Below, piece by piece: positions 61,167 through 64,000 of a stretch of 64,000 nt of DNA. A program made the position numbers and the translations under genes. Position 1 is the stretch's first letter. Each line of letters begins with the position of its first letter. The notes below the pieces were generated by a model. It worked only from the letters and a program-made list of their open reading frames with translations, made no database searches and was not told where the DNA came from. The DNA is from Chrysemys picta bellii (Eukaryota), in NCBI RefSeq assembly GCF_011386835.1, contig NC_088795.1:76446001-76510000 (forward strand), in the 5' to 3' direction.

Positions 61167-61926
61167 CAGGGGTGGGCAAACTTTTTGGCCCGAGGGCCAC
61201 ATCTGGGTATGGAAATTGTATGGTGCGCCATGAATGCTCATGAAATTGGGTGTTGGGGTGCGGGAGGGGTGTGGGCTCTGGCTGGGGGTGTGGACTCTGG
61301 GGTGGGGCCAGAAATGAGGATTTCAGGGTGTGGGAGGGGGCTCTGTGCTGGGGCAGGGGGTTGGGGTGCGGGGTGAGGGGGAGGGCTCCAGCTGGAGGTG
61401 CAGGCTCTGGGCTGGGGATGAGGGTTGGGGATGCAGGAGGTTGCTCCGGGCTGGGATGGAGGGGTTTGGAGGGTGGGAGGGGGATCAGAGCTGGGGAAAG
61501 GGGTTGGGGTGTAGGAAGGGGTCAGGGGTGCAGGCTTCGGGCGGCACTTACCTCAAGCAGTTCCCAGAAGCAGCTGCATGTCCCCCCTCTGGCTCCTACA
61601 CAGAGGCGCGGCCAGGTGACTCTACACGCTGTCTTGTCTGCAGGCGCCACCCCTGCAGCTCCCATTGGCCACAGTTCCCGGCCTATGGGAGCTGCGGGGG
61701 CAGCGTGCAGAGCCCCCTGGCTTCCCCTACGTGTAAGAGCTGGAGGGGGGACATGCCGCTGCTTCTGGGAGCCATGCAGAGTGGGACAAGCCCCCGACCC
61801 CACTCCCCAGCTGGAGTGCCAGAGTGGGGCAAGCCCTGGATCTCACTGCCTGGCGGAAGCTCAAGGGCCGGATTAAAATGTCAGGAGGGCAGGATACAGC
61901 CCCCGGGCCATAGTTGCCCACTCTTG
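61167..61926. mobile_element. GC-rich non-autonomous hAT element, 760 bp
   Basis: TIR caggggtgggcaaac / gttgcccactcttg; perfect 8-bp TSD GATTAGTC (61159-61166 / 61927-61934). Confidence 0.9.
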
Positions 61927-62908
61927 GATTAGTCTATATCATCTGTACACATTCAGAGGGTCAATCAGTGGTTCATACTATGCACCTGCACAGGGAAGTA
62001 AGTGGATTTAAAGCACCACCCCCTTACTCCATTTGTGTAGGCTATCCACATTGCAATTCACAACATGAAGGAGACACGGGGCTGCTATGCCCTTTCTGCA
62101 CGTGTGAATGAGAACTTGGAAGAACCTTCGCTGCCTCCCCAATATACCACCAATACAGCTTAGCCAGTACAAAGAAAGAAATAACTTGTGCCATGTAAAG
62201 GGCTGGCACCACTTACTGGATGTAAAGGGAGACTTTTGGAGCACGGGGGATCCAGGGACCAAATTGTGCTGTGCACCTGAGTCAGCACAGCTATATGCTG
62301 CACCTTACTCAGAACTCATGGTAACTCCACAAGCTAGCTCATAATTAGCATTCATTACTATAATGTTAATTTTTGAAAAGTGGTTTGGAATAGACTAGTG
62401 CATCAATGGTATCAGATATAAGATGACTTTCTGCTGACTAGAAGCCAGGAGAAATTGTGAATGGAATCTATTAGGGAATCCTTGGCTCCTGAGTTACACT
62501 GGCAGAACCCAGAGCTGAATCTAGTCCATCATCATTTTTGTATCAATTTTGATAATTTATCATTCAAAACTTCAACAAAGCACTTTGTTTTGATAAAGTC
62601 AAGGCACTTTGCTTCCACTTTATTGGTTCAACTATTGTAGTATGTCTTATGATGAGTTTTGAGCTGCCTATAATAATTTGTTAATATTATATATTATATC
62701 TATTTGTCTGATTGTTGAAAGGATGTTTACTGTATGCATATACTGAGTTAACTTGTCAGAGGGTTTTCAGGAAATGCACCCAGAAAGGAGGGTGGCTCCT
62801 GCTATGCATTTTCTAGCAAACACTTAACTCATAACTCAAGAGCCTTCTCTTTTGAAGTGACACATCCAAGATCATGCTGAGCTCCCCAAACTGGTTTAAC
62901 TAGGCTTA

Positions 62909-64000
62909 GGGTATGTCTACACTACGAAATTAGTTTGAATTTATAGAAGCCGGTTTTATTGAAATCGGTTGTATACAGCCGATTGTGTGTGTCCACACAT
63001 AAAATGCTCTAGGTGCTCTAGTCGGCGGACCGCGTCCACAGTACGAGGCTAGCGTCGACTTCCGGAGCATTGCACTATGGGTAGCTATCCCACAGCTATC
63101 CCACAGTTCCCGCAGTCTCCGCCGCCCCTTGGGATTCTGGGTTGAGATCCCAATGCCCGGATGATGCAAAACAGTGTCGCGGGCGGTTCTGGGTACATGT
63201 CGTCAGGCCCCTCCCTCCCCCGTCACAGCAACGGCAGACAATAGATTCGCGCCTTTTTACCTGGGTTACCTGTGCAGACAACATGGAGCCCGCTCAGCTC
63301 AGCTGAGCTCACCGTCACCATATGTCCTCTGGGTGCCGGCAGACGTGGGACTGCATTGCTACACAGCAGCAGCTGCTAACTGCCTTTTGGCGGTAGACGG
63401 TGCAGTAGACTGGTAGCCTTCATCGGCGATCTGGGTGCTGGCAGCCGTGGGGCTTGCCTTTTGGCAGTAGATGGTGTATTACGACTGTTAACCGTCCTAT
63501 TACAAGTCGGGTCATCGCACATTAGCAGAGTCTTCCCCGAGCAGCCGATCGTGCAATAGGCCTGAAGACCATCGTCATACACCGCCCAGTATTTGCTGCC
63601 AAGCACCCAGAAAGATGCCGAGGGCTATCAGTCACGCTGCACCGTCGTCTTAAGATGTAAAAAATAGATTTGCTCTGTATTCATTTGCTTCCCCCTCCCT
63701 CCGTCAAATCAACGGCCTGCTAAACCCAGGGTTTTCAGTTTAATCTTTGGGGGGACCATTCTGTGTGACAGTTGTTTGTGTTTCTCCCTGATGCACAGCC
63801 ACCGTTCTTGATTTTAATTCCCTGTACCTGTACGCCATGTCGTCACTCGGCCCGCCCTCCCTCCTTCCCCTAGTCCGTCAGATACTACTTTCGCGCCTTT
63901 TCTTTGAATTCTGGGTTGAGATCCCAATGCCCGGATGATGCAAAACAGTGTCACGGGCGGTTCTGGGTACATGTCGTCAGGCCCCTCCCCCCTCGTCACA
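62909..64000 (+). mobile_element. Young CpG-rich PIF/Harbinger element (deletion derivative), runs off the window
   Basis: tta|GGGTATGTCTACACT TIR; abundant intact CpGs; internal about 93-bp direct repeat (63134-63226 / 63908-64000). Confidence 0.82.

Noticed and set aside
40053-64000. VEGFC exon 1 / promoter CpG island
   Set aside because: No signal-peptide-encoding exon was found. The CpG-rich patches are transposons (hAT, Harbinger, DIRS), so exon 1 probably lies beyond the window.

Overview
Eukaryotic (vertebrate) genomic DNA, most likely a turtle: the VEGF-C sequence is sauropsid-like and the repeat families look turtle-type, but the species cannot be determined. The one host gene is VEGFC on the minus strand. 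Coding exons 2-7 are present, all with canonical GT-AG boundaries and consistent phase (214, 191, 152, 110, 334 and 115 coding nt). The 3' UTR and poly(A) signal lie near 2.5 kb; exon 1 was not found and presumably lies beyond the right edge. The rest is intron or downstream DNA densely filled with transposons. These include three DIRS tyrosine-recombinase retrotransposons (two with readable ITR/ICR architecture), several CR1 LINE pieces, a solo LTR, two Penelope termini carrying minimal hammerhead-ribozyme cores, a fold-back hAT, many hAT/Harbinger/Tc1-mariner MITEs, a CORE-SINE and a probable LF-SINE relic. No prokaryotic systems, CRISPR arrays, rRNA or tRNA genes were seen, and I found no clearly new biological system. 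The most interesting items are: a young palindromic Penelope insertion with an intact hammerhead core on the VEGFC sense strand; a T32-AAG tract at a DIRS end that could create an alternative VEGFC terminal exon; a fold-back hAT with a 78-bp perfectly matched island; a chimeric DIRS; and an unexplained 88-bp hairpin. Repeat family names are from pattern recognition and need Dfam/Repbase confirmation.
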